64,000 bases of DNA from Verrucomicrobiia bacterium (GTDB lineage: Bacteria; Verrucomicrobiota; Verrucomicrobiia; Limisphaerales; UBA11358). A program made the position numbers and the translations under genes. Position 1 is the first letter of the stretch. The number at the start of each line of letters is the position of its first letter. The notes below the pieces were generated by a model, which was given only the letters and a program-made list of their open reading frames with translations, had not been told where the DNA came from and searched no databases. Shown here in pieces: positions 45,428 through 55,537 of this stretch. Where the stretch lies: the NCBI GenBank assembly GCA_035945675.1, contig DASZAB010000025.1, forward strand, positions 1,108 to 65,107, read 5' to 3'.

Positions 45428-46084
45428 TCACCACCTCCCGACCCGCGGCAGAACCGGTTGCACCTGTTCCCAGATTCTTGAACAAACGATATCAATCGGA
45501 CCGGTGCCATCCACCACGTGTACGCGGCCAGGTTCGGCGGCGACGATGGCATCGTAGCCCTTGGCCACCCGGGCAAAGAAATTCCGGTCTCCTTCCTCCA
45601 TCCGGTCGCGAATGAAAGGCAGGATGGATTGCCGCGAGAGCAGCCGTTCCGCGCTGACTTCCGGAGGCACGTGCAGCAGCAGGGTCAGATTCGGTCGCGT
45701 GTCGCCGACGGCAAAATCAATCACATTCTTTACCAGCGACAAGTCCAATCCGCGTCCATGGCCCTGATAGGCCGTCGTTGAATCGTAAAAGCGGTCGCAC
45801 AGGACGACATCGCCCACCGCCAGCGCGGGACGGATGATTTCGCGGACGAGCTGCGCCCGGCTGGCGTTCACGAGGAGCAATTCGGTTTCCGGCGTCATGG
45901 CCACGTTGGCTTTGCTGTGCTTGAGGGTGTGGCGGATTTCCTCGCCCACCGGTGTGCCACCCGGTTCGCGCAACATGTGGACGGGGAAGCCGAGCACGCG
46001 CAGCGTTTTGGCGAGCAATTCAATCTGCGTGGATTTGCCGCAGCCTTCCGTGCCCTCGAACGTAATGAACAAGCCTTTGGCCAT
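45428..46084 (-). CDS. tmk: Thymidylate kinase
   Basis: FITFEGTEGCGKSTQ P-loop, LREPGGT, and DRF..ST.AYQG. Confidence 0.9.
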   Translation of the reverse strand: MAKGLFITFEGTEGCGKSTQIELLAKTLRVLGFPVHMLREPGGTPVGEEIRHTLKHSKANVAMTPETELLLVNASRAQLVREIIRPALAVGDVVLCDRFYDSTTAYQGHGRGLDLSLVKNVIDFAVGDTRPNLTLLLHVPPEVSAERLLSRQSILPFIRDRMEEGDRNFFARVAKGYDAIVAAEPGRVHVVDGTGPIDIVCSRIWEQVQPVLPRVGRW

Positions 46085-46111
46085 TTACGATTTAAGATTT
46101 ACGATTTACGC
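46084..46111. repeat. 4 x 7-mer array, ATCGTAA family (reverse orientation), abutting the tmk start codon
   Basis: tttacga|tttaaga|tttacga|tttacgc. The first base is the A of the tmk ATG on the minus strand. Confidence 0.75.
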
Positions 46112-46245
46112 GCCGTCCATGGAACCGCGAAATACGCGAAATACGCGAAAACCGACTTTGTGGCCGCGGCTCCTCTTTTTCCGAATCGTGTGTCGAAATA
46201 GACTCATTCATTGGTTTTCGAGTATTTGGCGTGTTCGGCGGTTTA

Positions 46246-47727
46246 TCAAATCCTTTTCAACTTCGGACCTTTCGGCGTGTCTTCAATGACCCAGCCTTTC
46301 GCCTTCAACTCGTCACGAATCGCGTCTGACCTTTTGAAATCTTTGGCTTTACGGGCGGCTTGTCGAGCTTCAAGTAGCGCGGCAATTTCAGCCGGAACCT
46401 CGGTTTCCGCAGGCGTGCCAATGCCGAAAACGGAGTCAATTTTATCCCATGCCGTTAATTCTGCGGCAGCGTCTTTTGCGCTCAGCGAATTGGCGGCAAG
46501 GCGCTTATTGGTTTCGGTTACCCATTTGAACACCTCGCCCCAGGCAGCGGAAATATTCAGGTCATCATCCAGCGCGGCGGAGAAATCGGAAATTAATTTT
46601 GACGCACCCCTTGCCCCATCCCTCTCCCCGCCAGGCGGGGAGAGGGTGTCCGGCATGTCGCGCCGAAGCGAAGCGGAGGCGGGAGGACGGGTGAGGGGTT
46701 GGTTCGCAATTTCGCGCAACTTTCCCAGGCACTCATCCATCCGCGCCAGCGCCGCGCGTGCGCCCTGCAACCCCTCAAACGTGAAGTTGAACGTCTCGCG
46801 GTAATGCGCGGTCAGGAGCAGATAACGGATTTCGCGGCCGGTGAAACCTTTGGCCAGCAAATCGCGCAACGTGAAAAAGTTGCCGAGCGACTTGCTCATC
46901 TTTTTGCCTTCGACGAGCAGAAACGCTCCGTGCAGCCAATAGTTCACAAATGGCTTGCCGGTGGCGCCTTCACTCTGCGCGATTTCATCCTCGTGATGCG
47001 GGAATTTCAGGTCCTCGCCGCCCAGGTGCAGATCAAAACTTTCACCCAGCATTTTCATGCTCATGGCCGAACATTCGATATGCCAGCCGGGACGGCCTTC
47101 GCCCCAGGGACTGGGCCAGAAAACCCCGCCATCCTCCGGCACGCGCGCCTTCCATAACGCGAAATCGGCAAGCGATTCCTTGTCGTATTCGTCCGAGGCG
47201 ACGCGCGTGCCCGCGCGCAACTCGTCAAAGTTGAGTTTGAGCAACCGGCCGTAGGTGCCGCCGCCCCCACGATATTTTTCAATGGAGAAATAAACCGAGC
47301 CATCGGCGGCCTTGTAGGCGATGCCGCGCGCGACCAGCTTTTCGATGAGAGCAATGATTTCGGCGATGTGCTCCGTGGCGTGCGGCATCTGGTGCGGCCG
47401 GACGCAATTCAGCGTCTTCAAGTCTTCGAGAAACGCGGCTTCGTAGTTGCCGGTGAATTCACGCAGCGTCGTTTTCGTTTCGCGAACGCCTTTGATGATT
47501 TTGTCCTCGACGTCCGTGATGTTCATTACGTGGGTGACGGCGTAGCCCTTGAATTCAAGGTAACGGCGGACGAGGTCGCTGAAAACGAAGGTGCGCCAGT
47601 TGCCGATGTGGGCGAAGTCATAGACCGTCGGTCCGCAGCAATACATGCCGACCTGCTTGCCCGCCGGGTCGCGGGGGGTGAATTCCTGAACCGAACGCGT
47701 CAGGGTGTTGAATAGTTTCAGTCCCAT
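46246..47727 (-). CDS. cysS: Cysteine--tRNA ligase
   Basis: MYCCGPTVYDFAHIGN (HIGH region), WHIECS, KMSKS, and DDDLN in the anticodon-binding region. The start is set at ATG 47727. Confidence 0.95.
   Translation of the reverse strand: MGLKLFNTLTRSVQEFTPRDPAGKQVGMYCCGPTVYDFAHIGNWRTFVFSDLVRRYLEFKGYAVTHVMNITDVEDKIIKGVRETKTTLREFTGNYEAAFLEDLKTLNCVRPHQMPHATEHIAEIIALIEKLVARGIAYKAADGSVYFSIEKYRGGGGTYGRLLKLNFDELRAGTRVASDEYDKESLADFALWKARVPEDGGVFWPSPWGEGRPGWHIECSAMSMKMLGESFDLHLGGEDLKFPHHEDEIAQSEGATGKPFVNYWLHGAFLLVEGKKMSKSLGNFFTLRDLLAKGFTGREIRYLLLTAHYRETFNFTFEGLQGARAALARMDECLGKLREIANQPLTRPPASASLRRDMPDTLSPPGGERDGARGASKLISDFSAALDDDLNISAAWGEVFKWVTETNKRLAANSLSAKDAAAELTAWDKIDSVFGIGTPAETEVPAEIAALLEARQAARKAKDFKRSDAIRDELKAKGWVIEDTPKGPKLKRI
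46607..46698. repeat. GC-rich nested palindromic element (GGGGAGAGGG family), copy 3, in frame inside cysS
   Basis: cccttgcccca-tccctctccccgcc-a-ggcggggagaggg ... gggtgagggg. It encodes ...PLTRPPASASLRRDMPDTLSPPGGERDGARG... on the minus strand. Confidence 0.65.
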
Positions 47728-47893
47728 GTAACGGCGCGCAAAGTAAGCCGGGACGCGGCGCAGCAAAAGCGCAAAGTCATCCCGCCGACCCTTTCAAAAA
47801 CCCTTTCAAAAACCTGTGGACACCGGTTTCGGAGGTGATTAATCTCCGCGCCAATTTCCAATCGGTGACGGACAAAACACAGGAAAAGCGCTT

Positions 47894-48571
47894 ATGGAAC
47901 TCAAAATCATTTGCGATTGCGGCCAGAAATACAAGTTTGAGGTCGAGCCGGTAAATGGTCGGATGCCGGTGAAGATCAATTGTCCGGTCTGTGGCGCGGA
48001 CGGAACCAACGCGGCCAATGGCACGTTGTCGCAAACCTTTTCCAACCCGGCCCGGCCGACTCCCATAGTACCGATCCTGCAGCCTGCTGGCGTTCCACCT
48101 CCACCCGTTGCCACCCCGGCGCCGCCTGCGGGCGGCCTGCGCCTGAACCGGCCCGCGCCGGCGCCGGCCGTCGTGAGCCCGCCGCCGATTCCGCCTGGGC
48201 CAGCTGCCATCACCGCGGCACACCCGATGGCGCCCGCCGTGCGGGAGCCAAAGGCAGCGGGGAACTACAATCTGGGCCTGGGGATATTGGGGGCGGTTCT
48301 GGGCGCGGCATTGGGTGCGGGATTGATGTATGGATTCTTTCTGTGGGCGGATTTCCGTTTTCCGCTGATGGGCACCTGCATCGGCGCGCTCACCGGTTTG
48401 GGCGCGCGGTTGCTGGCGAAAGGAACGGACATGACCCTCGGCGTCATCGCCGGGGGGGTTGCACTCGTTTCGACCGCCGGGACGCTTTACCTCATGTTTG
48501 GCGATGTGGCCGGCATGTTCATTCTTTCCATGATTGTCAGTGTCGGCCTTGCCTACAAGCTGGCGGGGTGA
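47894..48571 (+). CDS. Zinc-ribbon / Pro-rich linker / multi-TM glycine-rich membrane protein, unknown function
   Basis: CDCGQKYKF...CPVCG ribbon, a Pro/Ala linker, then 3-4 Gly/Ala-rich hydrophobic helices. Confidence 0.55.
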   Translation: MELKIICDCGQKYKFEVEPVNGRMPVKINCPVCGADGTNAANGTLSQTFSNPARPTPIVPILQPAGVPPPPVATPAPPAGGLRLNRPAPAPAVVSPPPIPPGPAAITAAHPMAPAVREPKAAGNYNLGLGILGAVLGAALGAGLMYGFFLWADFRFPLMGTCIGALTGLGARLLAKGTDMTLGVIAGGVALVSTAGTLYLMFGDVAGMFILSMIVSVGLAYKLAG

Positions 48572-48584
48572 CTCTCGAGGGAGA

Positions 48585-49343
48585 CTATTTTTCCAGAATG
48601 GCGGCGGGATTCTTGCCCTTCGGTTTTAGACGATTGAACCGTTTGACGAACAGGAAAAAAACGCCGGGGCCGAAGCAGAGCAACATGATGGAAATGCCGG
48701 TGGCGATGCCCCAAAACGTCCCGGCGGGCGCACAACAATCGTCGCGGCGTCGGACGATGACGTGGCTGGGCACGGCGACGAGCAGTTCGAGAATGCTGCC
48801 GTACATCAGCCAGCGGAGGCTGCGTTTGAGGAGCGCGTCCGGGTCGTCCACTCTGGCGAAATTCCGAAACACGATTGCCCAAATAATCCAGAAACAAACC
48901 AGGGTAAAGACGACGCCCCAGAAATCGCCCCAGCCGGAACTGCCGCCGTTGGCAGGTTGCGCATTCAATGTCGCCGAGAGACTGAGCAAATGCAGCCAGT
49001 TGAAGGCGTTGTCGCGGTAAATGGCGCAAAGGATGGCAAAAATTCCGGCGATAAAAAGGTTGGCCAGAAAGAATGCCGTGACGATGACGGGGATTTTCAG
49101 CGGCCGGCGCGCCGGAAGACGGCGTTCGGTGATCTGGATGGGCAGCAGCAGCAGCAACGCCTGTCCGGCCACGAGCACCGCGAGCCAGAGCCAATAGCCC
49201 CAGTCCGAATAGGTCTGCAGAATATTCTGCAAACCGATGGTGCTCCTGGCCCAACCGCCGAAAGCAACCAGCATGATCGGCGCGGTCAACAGGACGAGGG
49301 TGAGGGCATAAAGCAGGACAGTCAGGACAGCCCAACGTTTCAT
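48585..49343 (-). CDS. Integral membrane protein, unknown function
   Basis: Six or more hydrophobic segments with consistent codon bias. No domain recognised. Confidence 0.55.
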   Translation of the reverse strand: MKRWAVLTVLLYALTLVLLTAPIMLVAFGGWARSTIGLQNILQTYSDWGYWLWLAVLVAGQALLLLLPIQITERRLPARRPLKIPVIVTAFFLANLFIAGIFAILCAIYRDNAFNWLHLLSLSATLNAQPANGGSSGWGDFWGVVFTLVCFWIIWAIVFRNFARVDDPDALLKRSLRWLMYGSILELLVAVPSHVIVRRRDDCCAPAGTFWGIATGISIMLLCFGPGVFFLFVKRFNRLKPKGKNPAAILEK

Positions 49344-49449
49344 GGTGGCAGCGAGTGAGTCAGAAAATTGAACACCGCGCCAGCGAAATCAGCGTGCCAT
49401 TCCGAGCGCCCGCGGCAGAGCGGGATGCCTTGCTCATTGCCAAAACGAG

Positions 49450-49478
49450 TTGACAATTCCATGCCGGTATCATTATGT
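49450..49478 (+). promoter_or_regulatory. Candidate sigma-70 promoter for the GH17-like gene
   Basis: A perfect TTGACA at 49450-49455, with ATTATG/TTATGT 16-17 nt downstream. Motif inspection only. Confidence 0.35.
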
Positions 49479-49539
49479 GGTCTTAAACTATATCAGGTTT
49501 TGTTTAAGAACATTAAATCCATAAAACGAAGGCCGCTCG

Positions 49540-50649
49540 ATGAAAAAAAACGTTCCACTGCCATGTCGCAAACTGTGGTCAGGCATCATTATTTTTTCGT
49601 TTCTCTCCTTTTTGGTCGGGACGGGTTTTGCCATCGCCGCCCAGGACGCCGGCAAACCAGCGGTCGCGCCGCTTCAACAGAAAAAGAGTGACCTCCTCGT
49701 CGGTGTTCAAAGGGGGAGCTGCTATTCCGGATTTCGGCACGGACAACATCCCGACCGCGGCGCCGGTGCCGTCAATCCCACGGATCAGCAAACGCTGGAA
49801 GACCTTCAACTCCTTTCCCGGAACGGCAATTTTGGTCTGATTCGCCTCTATGATTCCGGTGAAAACTCCGAGACTGTGTTGCGGGTGATTAAAGCCAACA
49901 ACCTCCCCTTGAAAGTCCTGCTCGGGGCCTGGCTGGACGCCGAAGTCAGCAATCCGGATTGTCCCTGGCACAAGGAGCCGTACCCGCAAAAGGAGCTGGA
50001 TGCCAATAAAATCAAAAACCAGAAGCAAATTGAACGAGCCATCCGGCTGGCCAACGAATATCCCAGGATTGTGGTCGCCGTGGCCGTCGGCAATGAAGCG
50101 ATGGTCAGTTGGACGGACCATAAGGTCCCCGTGGAATCCGTCATCGCCTATGTTCGCCAGGTCAAGGGCGCCATCAAACAGCCGGTGACCGTGTGCGACA
50201 ATTTTGATTTCTGGGTCAAACAAGGCGCTGCCCTCGCGCGGGAGCTGGATTTCATTTCCGTGCATTCGTATCCTGCGTGGGAAGGCAAGGGGATTGACGA
50301 GGCGTTGCCGGCCACCATCGCCGAACTACAGGCCGTTCGAAACGCGCTGCCCCACAGCCGGATGGTGATCACCGAAGCCGGCTGGGCCACCGTCGCCACC
50401 GAATTTGCCAGCCAGGCCAGCGAAGCCAATCAGAAGCGGTATTTCGATGAGTTGTACGCCTGGACGGCCAGAAAAAACATCACCACGTTTTTCTTTGAAG
50501 CCTTCGACGAGGATTGGAAGGGCAACAATGACGACCCCAATCCGAACGGCGCCGAAAAGCATTGGGGCATATTTACCATTGACCGGAAACCCAAGCTGGT
50601 GATGGCCGGGGTGTATCCCGAGCTGGCGCCGAAGAAAGATTTGAACTAG
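49540..50649 (+). CDS. Secreted glycoside hydrolase, GH17-like (beta-1,3-glucanase/transglycosylase fold)
   Basis: Signal peptide. [15 protein letters not shown] (acid/base region) and ITEAGWAT (nucleophile region) resemble the GH17 motifs. Confidence 0.6.
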   Translation: MKKNVPLPCRKLWSGIIIFSFLSFLVGTGFAIAAQDAGKPAVAPLQQKKSDLLVGVQRGSCYSGFRHGQHPDRGAGAVNPTDQQTLEDLQLLSRNGNFGLIRLYDSGENSETVLRVIKANNLPLKVLLGAWLDAEVSNPDCPWHKEPYPQKELDANKIKNQKQIERAIRLANEYPRIVVAVAVGNEAMVSWTDHKVPVESVIAYVRQVKGAIKQPVTVCDNFDFWVKQGAALARELDFISVHSYPAWEGKGIDEALPATIAELQAVRNALPHSRMVITEAGWATVATEFASQASEANQKRYFDELYAWTARKNITTFFFEAFDEDWKGNNDDPNPNGAEKHWGIFTIDRKPKLVMAGVYPELAPKKDLN

Positions 50650-50798
50650 AAAAAGTTGGACGGCTGGACCGGTTGCCCTTGCCTTTCGCCCGCCTCCGGG
50701 CGGGTCAGCGAATCTTCGCCGAATTTTTCCAGAATTTCGCTTTCACGCCTTGCCAATTACGCCGTTTCACCACAAATTGTCTAAAACAAGAAGAGCAC

Positions 50799-52094
50799 AT
50801 GAGCAAAGAGGCAAAACTGGAAATCGACGGAAAGTCATATCCGCTGCCCACGATTGAAGGCAGCGAAGGGGAAAAAGCGGTGGACATTTCGTCACTGCGC
50901 GCGAACTCGGGCTACATCACGCTGGACGAGGGTTACGGCAACACCGGTTCGTGCATCAGCAAAATCACCTTTATTGACGGCGAAAAGGGCATTTTGCGCT
51001 ATCGCGGCATTCCGATCGAGGAGCTGGCAGAGAAATCCACCTTCATCGAGACGGCCTACCTGATTATCTACGGTGATTTGCCGACGCGGGCGCAATTGCG
51101 GAAGTTCTCCGACCTGTTTACGGAATATCAATTCCTCCACGAGGACATGAAGTATCATTTCGAGAGTTTTCCCATGGGGGCGCATCCGATGGCGATTCTC
51201 TCGGCGATGATCAACGCGACGAGTTGTTTCGACGAGGAACTCATGAACTGGCGCTGGGGCAAGTCGAACCAGTTTGACGTTTATGCGGCGAAACTGATTT
51301 CCCAGGTGCGCACCATTGCGGCGTACGCGTACCGCAAATCGCGCGGCCTGCCGTTGATTTATCCCAAGAAAGCCTACAAATACACGGCCAACTTCCTGCA
51401 CATGATGTTTTCCACGCCGTATGAGGATTTCGAATTGAAGCCGGAAGTGGTGAAGGCGCTGGATCTGATTTTCCTCCTGCACGCCGATCATGAGCAGAAT
51501 TGCTCGACTTCGACGGTGCGCATGGTGGCGTCGAGCCAGGCCAATTTGTTTGCCAGCGCGGCGGCCGGCGTGTGCGCGCTCTGGGGACCGTTGCACGGCG
51601 GCGCCAACCAGGCGGTGATTGAAATGCTTGTGGAAATTCATCGGGAAGGCGACGATGGTTCAAAGTTCATTAACGCCGCCAAGGACAAAAATAGCGGGCG
51701 TCGTCTCATGGGTTTTGGCCACCGTGTCTATAAAAATTACGACCCGCGCGCCAAAATCATCAAAAAAGCGTGCGACGAAGTCCTGGCCAAACTGCACGTC
51801 TCCGACCCGTTGTTGGACATTGCCAAGCGTCTGGAGGAGGCGGCGCTGCGCGATGCGTATTTTGTGGAACGCAAGTTGTATCCCAACGTGGATTTTTACA
51901 GCGGCATTATCATGCGCGCCATCGGCATTCCGGTGGAGATGTTCCCCGTGATTTTTGCGATTGGCCGGATGCCCGGCTGGATTGCGAATTACAAGGAAAT
52001 CATGGAAGATGCCAAGAACCGCATTGCCCGCCCGCGGCAGATCTATGCCGGCCGGACGCTGAATCATTACGTGCCATTGGACGAGCGGAAATAA
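50799..52094 (+). CDS. gltA: Citrate synthase (type II)
   Basis: [34 protein letters not shown] and [15 protein letters not shown]. Confidence 0.95.
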   Translation: MSKEAKLEIDGKSYPLPTIEGSEGEKAVDISSLRANSGYITLDEGYGNTGSCISKITFIDGEKGILRYRGIPIEELAEKSTFIETAYLIIYGDLPTRAQLRKFSDLFTEYQFLHEDMKYHFESFPMGAHPMAILSAMINATSCFDEELMNWRWGKSNQFDVYAAKLISQVRTIAAYAYRKSRGLPLIYPKKAYKYTANFLHMMFSTPYEDFELKPEVVKALDLIFLLHADHEQNCSTSTVRMVASSQANLFASAAAGVCALWGPLHGGANQAVIEMLVEIHREGDDGSKFINAAKDKNSGRRLMGFGHRVYKNYDPRAKIIKKACDEVLAKLHVSDPLLDIAKRLEEAALRDAYFVERKLYPNVDFYSGIIMRAIGIPVEMFPVIFAIGRMPGWIANYKEIMEDAKNRIARPRQIYAGRTLNHYVPLDERK

Positions 52095-52186
52095 GCCGGC
52101 GATTTCATTGGCAGAATTGGGAGACTGCGTCGCAGTTCAGGACAGGTGGAAGGCATGATTCGTGCTGAATCCAGAGTGCACTTGCC

Positions 52187-53305
52187 GTGAAAAAAATCCT
52201 GGTAATTGATGATGAAGAATGGCTGCGCGAGATGATACGCCTGGCGCTGAAGCAAAAGGGCTTTGATGTCATCGAGGCCGCCAATGGCGCCGAGGGCATT
52301 GAACGGGCGCGCCGGGACCTGCCCGACCTGATCCTGTGCGACATCAACATGGAGAAGGTGGACGGATATTTGACACTGGCTTCGCTGCGCAACGAGGCGC
52401 CCACCGCCGCCATCCCGTTTATCCTCATGACCGGCCTGGCGGACAACGCCGGCATGCGGCACGGCATGGAACTGGGTGCCGACGATTATCTGCCGAAACC
52501 GTTCACGACCGACGCGCTTTACGCCGCCGTGGATGCCCGCCTGAAAAAGGCCCAGACCGTGCGCGACGAAGCCGAGCGCAAACTGGCCAGCCTGCGCGAC
52601 AATATCAGCCTGATGCTGCCCCACGAACTGCGCACGCCGCTCAACGGCATTCTGGCCTATGGCGAAATGCTCGCCACGGACGCCGCCACGCTCAAGGCCG
52701 CCGAAGTCGCGGAAATGGGCCACGTCATTCATCAGTCCGGCCGGCGCCTCGAGCGGCTGATCGAGAACTTTCTAATTTACGCCCAGCTCGAGCTGGTCGC
52801 CAGTGACCCCAAAAACATTAACGCCCTGCGCATGGGGCAGACGGAACATCCAGCCTCGCTGATTGAAAGGCACGCCCGAGCCCAGGCAATGCAGGCCAAC
52901 CGCCCCCAGGATTTGGCCCTGGAATTGTCGGATGTCCCCGTGCCGATGGCCGAGGAATATCTCGCCAAAATTGTGGATGAACTGGTCCAAAACGCCTTCA
53001 AATTTTCAAAGCCCGGCGCGCCGGTGCGCGTCCAATTGGGAGAGAACTTCAACGTCGCGGTGCTCACCGTCAGCGATCAAGGCAGTGGGTTTTCCACCGA
53101 GCAGATCACCCGCATTGGCGCTTACATGCAATTTGACCGCCGGATGCACGAGCAACAGGGATTGGGACTGGGGCTGACGATTGCGAAGCGACTGGTTGCC
53201 CTGCATGGCGGCACGCTCTCCATCGAGAGCACCAAAGACAACGGCGCCAGCATCACCGCCAAATTGCCGAAAACGAAACCGGCGGATCAAAACGGCAGCA
53301 TTTAA
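52187..53305 (+). CDS. Hybrid response-regulator receiver / histidine kinase (REC-HisKA-HATPase)
   Basis: ILVIDDE...LILCDINMEKVDG...PFILMTG...KP receiver; H-box HELRTPLNGI; N and G boxes (NAFKFS, DQGSGF, GLGLGLTI). No TM segment. GTG start. Confidence 0.85.
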   Translation: MKKILVIDDEEWLREMIRLALKQKGFDVIEAANGAEGIERARRDLPDLILCDINMEKVDGYLTLASLRNEAPTAAIPFILMTGLADNAGMRHGMELGADDYLPKPFTTDALYAAVDARLKKAQTVRDEAERKLASLRDNISLMLPHELRTPLNGILAYGEMLATDAATLKAAEVAEMGHVIHQSGRRLERLIENFLIYAQLELVASDPKNINALRMGQTEHPASLIERHARAQAMQANRPQDLALELSDVPVPMAEEYLAKIVDELVQNAFKFSKPGAPVRVQLGENFNVAVLTVSDQGSGFSTEQITRIGAYMQFDRRMHEQQGLGLGLTIAKRLVALHGGTLSIESTKDNGASITAKLPKTKPADQNGSI

Positions 53306-54135
53306 AGGGGAAGCCGCAAATAGAGAACGGCCAGGCCGCGTCCGGCCAGTTCGGCCAGCAAAAAGACCAGGGCAGTTCCCAGCACCGGCGCAAAGTCCAC
53401 CTTGCCGGCGCGGAGCGGTATAGCGTGCAACGGCCGCAACAAGGTTTGCGCTTCGGCGGTCACGTAATTCCAGAACGGATACTTGCCAAAGTAGATGTAA
53501 CTGTTCAACAAATGCAGGACCAGCAGCACCCCGGCGGCAAATTTCCAGGCCAGATAACTTCCCAGGCCGATGACCAGCGCTGCTTCCAGGCGATGCATGG
53601 CCGAAACCGGCGGTGGCACAATGGCCAGCCACGCCAGCAGCCAGCTCGCCAGCCACCACAGCGGGGCCACCAGCGCCAGCGGCAAAGCAAGTTTTATCCC
53701 GCGCGGCAGCCGATCAATCGGACCCAACTGCATTCGCACCAGACGATGGAACGGTTCCGGTCCCGCCAGGATGGAAAACAACAGGAGCCAGAGGTAAAAC
53801 ACACCCAACGTCAGTCCGAAGCTGCAAAAGGAAAACAACAAGATGCGTCCAAATAAATCACTGCGAAATGAGAGTTCGATAACGCCCAGATCCAGTTTTC
53901 CCGCCGCCCAGCCGACGCCCGAGCCGATTTGCCAGTAAAGCACCGCCCGCAGAAACAATAATCCAGCCAGCACCGCCGGCAAATGCCACCGCCGCAAACG
54001 GCGCGGTTCGGCGCGCCGCAAGGTGCCAATCAATGTCGCCGGCCGGCGCTGGCCGAGCGGGTCGAAGCGAAGCGATCGCCAGTTGAGCCACAATAACAGA
54101 CCGGCGAGATTCAGGATGAAATCAATAATACCCAT
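53302..54135 (-). CDS. Multi-TM membrane protein with a YggT-like C-terminal module
   Basis: LLNSYIYFGKYPFWNYVTAEAQTLLRPLHAIPLRAGKVDFAPVLGTALVFLL resembles the YggT repeat. Tentative. Confidence 0.5.
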   Translation of the reverse strand: MGIIDFILNLAGLLLWLNWRSLRFDPLGQRRPATLIGTLRRAEPRRLRRWHLPAVLAGLLFLRAVLYWQIGSGVGWAAGKLDLGVIELSFRSDLFGRILLFSFCSFGLTLGVFYLWLLLFSILAGPEPFHRLVRMQLGPIDRLPRGIKLALPLALVAPLWWLASWLLAWLAIVPPPVSAMHRLEAALVIGLGSYLAWKFAAGVLLVLHLLNSYIYFGKYPFWNYVTAEAQTLLRPLHAIPLRAGKVDFAPVLGTALVFLLAELAGRGLAVLYLRLPL

Positions 54136-54140
54136 GAAAC

Positions 54141-54168
54141 TGACAAGTGACAGGTGTCGGGTGACAAG
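54141..54168. repeat. 4 x 7-mer array (TGACAAG-type)
   Basis: tgacaag|tgacagg|tgtcggg|tgacaag. It starts 6 nt upstream of the yggT-like ATG (minus strand). Confidence 0.75.
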
Positions 54169-54195
54169 AAGGGAATGTCAAGCCGCCGTTTTTTT

Positions 54196-54223
54196 CGTCA
54201 CGCGTCACACGTCACGTGTCACA
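54196..54223. repeat. 4 x 7-mer array (CGTCACG-type), inverted relative to 54141-54168, overlapping the sucD stop
   Basis: cgtcacg|cgtcaca|cgtcacg|tgtcaca. Its reverse complement carries GTGAC every 7 nt, like the partner array. Confidence 0.75.
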
Positions 54224-55121
54224 TCATCCGCAGAAGCGTATCCGCCATTTCACTTGGCGTGGCGGCGACGCCGATGCCCGCGTCCTGGAACGCCGCAATT
54301 TTGGCTGCCGCCGTGCCTTTGCCGCCGCTGATGATGGCGCCGGCATGCCCCATGCGGCGTCCCGGCGGCGCGGTGGCCCCGGCGATGAACCCGGCCACCG
54401 GTTTCCGGCAATTCCGTTTGATCCACTCGGCCGCTTCTTCCTCGGCGCTGCCGCCGATTTCACCAATCATAATGATGCCGTGGGTGTCCGGGTCGTCATT
54501 GAACAGTTTGATGACGTCCAGATGTGACAGGCCGGGGACCGGGTCGCCGCCGATGCCGACGCAGGTGCTTTGGCCCGCGCCGCGGCAGGTCAATTGCCAG
54601 ACGGCCTCATAGGTGAGCGTACCGCTGCGCGAGACCACGCCGACGTGGCCCTTTTTGTGGATGTAACCGGGGGCAATGCCGATGCGGCAACCGCCGTACG
54701 AATCCTTGCCTTCACCGGGCGTGACGACGCCGGGACAATTCGGCCCGACCAGACGCGAGCGCTGGTTGCCCTGCATGGCGCGTTTGACGCGGATCATATC
54801 GCGCGCCGGGATGCCTTCGGTGATGCAGACCACCAGTTCGAGTCCCGCGTCCACCCCTTCCAGCACAGCGTCGGCGGCAAATGCCGCCGGAACAAAAATG
54901 GCGGAGGCCGTGGCGCCGGTTTGTTTCACCGCCTCGGCCACGGTATCAAAGATGGGAACTTTTTTGCCGCCATGCTCGAAGATCTGGCCGCCCTTGCCGG
55001 GGGTGACGCCGGCGACGACTTGTGTGCCGTAATCTATCGAGAGTTGCGCGTGTTTCGCACCGAAGCTGCCGGTGATGCCCTGGATGAGAACTTTGGCGTC
55101 AGGTTTGACCAGAATGGACAT
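54219..55121 (-). CDS. sucD: Succinate--CoA ligase subunit alpha
   Basis: [20 protein letters not shown], the SRSGTLTYE phosphohistidine-loop region, and MGHAGAI. Confidence 0.95.
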   Translation of the reverse strand: MSILVKPDAKVLIQGITGSFGAKHAQLSIDYGTQVVAGVTPGKGGQIFEHGGKKVPIFDTVAEAVKQTGATASAIFVPAAFAADAVLEGVDAGLELVVCITEGIPARDMIRVKRAMQGNQRSRLVGPNCPGVVTPGEGKDSYGGCRIGIAPGYIHKKGHVGVVSRSGTLTYEAVWQLTCRGAGQSTCVGIGGDPVPGLSHLDVIKLFNDDPDTHGIIMIGEIGGSAEEEAAEWIKRNCRKPVAGFIAGATAPPGRRMGHAGAIISGGKGTAAAKIAAFQDAGIGVAATPSEMADTLLRMM

Positions 55122-55126
55122 GGGAA

Positions 55127-55154
55127 TTTACGATTTTAGATTAAGGATTTACGA
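55127..55154. repeat. 4 x 7-mer array, ATCGTAA family (reverse orientation)
   Basis: tttacga|ttttaga|ttaagga|tttacga. It lies 5 nt upstream of the sucD ATG and overlaps the stop codon of the VOC gene. Confidence 0.7.
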
Positions 55155-55511
55155 TTGTTTCCGTTTATGAATGCAAATGCTGTTACCGTCGGGGTCAAAA
55201 ATCATGGCCATATGGCAGACGGGCGTCTCGCACGATTCGATGCGGAATTTGACTTTGTGCTCGCGCAAGTGTTGGATGGCCGCTTCAAAATCCTCAACTT
55301 CCAGTGCGGCGGAGCAACCGTCGGGATTCGGCTTGAACATTCCCGGCGCACAGCCAATGGCCAATGCATACGGCCCAAACTCGTATTCCACCCACTTATC
55401 TTCAATCACGGTGGTGGGTTTCAGGCCCAGCACACCTTCGTAAAATTCGCGGGCGCGTTTGATATCCGTGACCGCATAACAACAAAATGCCAGTTCGATA
55501 ACTTTGAGCAT
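55149..55511 (-). CDS. VOC / glyoxalase-family protein
   Basis: 120 aa. FYEGVLGLKP ... EVEDFEAAIQHL ... DPDGNSICI is a typical paired beta-alpha-beta-beta-beta module. Confidence 0.8.
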   Translation of the reverse strand: MLKVIELAFCCYAVTDIKRAREFYEGVLGLKPTTVIEDKWVEYEFGPYALAIGCAPGMFKPNPDGCSAALEVEDFEAAIQHLREHKVKFRIESCETPVCHMAMIFDPDGNSICIHKRKQS

Positions 55512-55537
55512 AATTTATTCCCCCTTGGGTTTACGGC

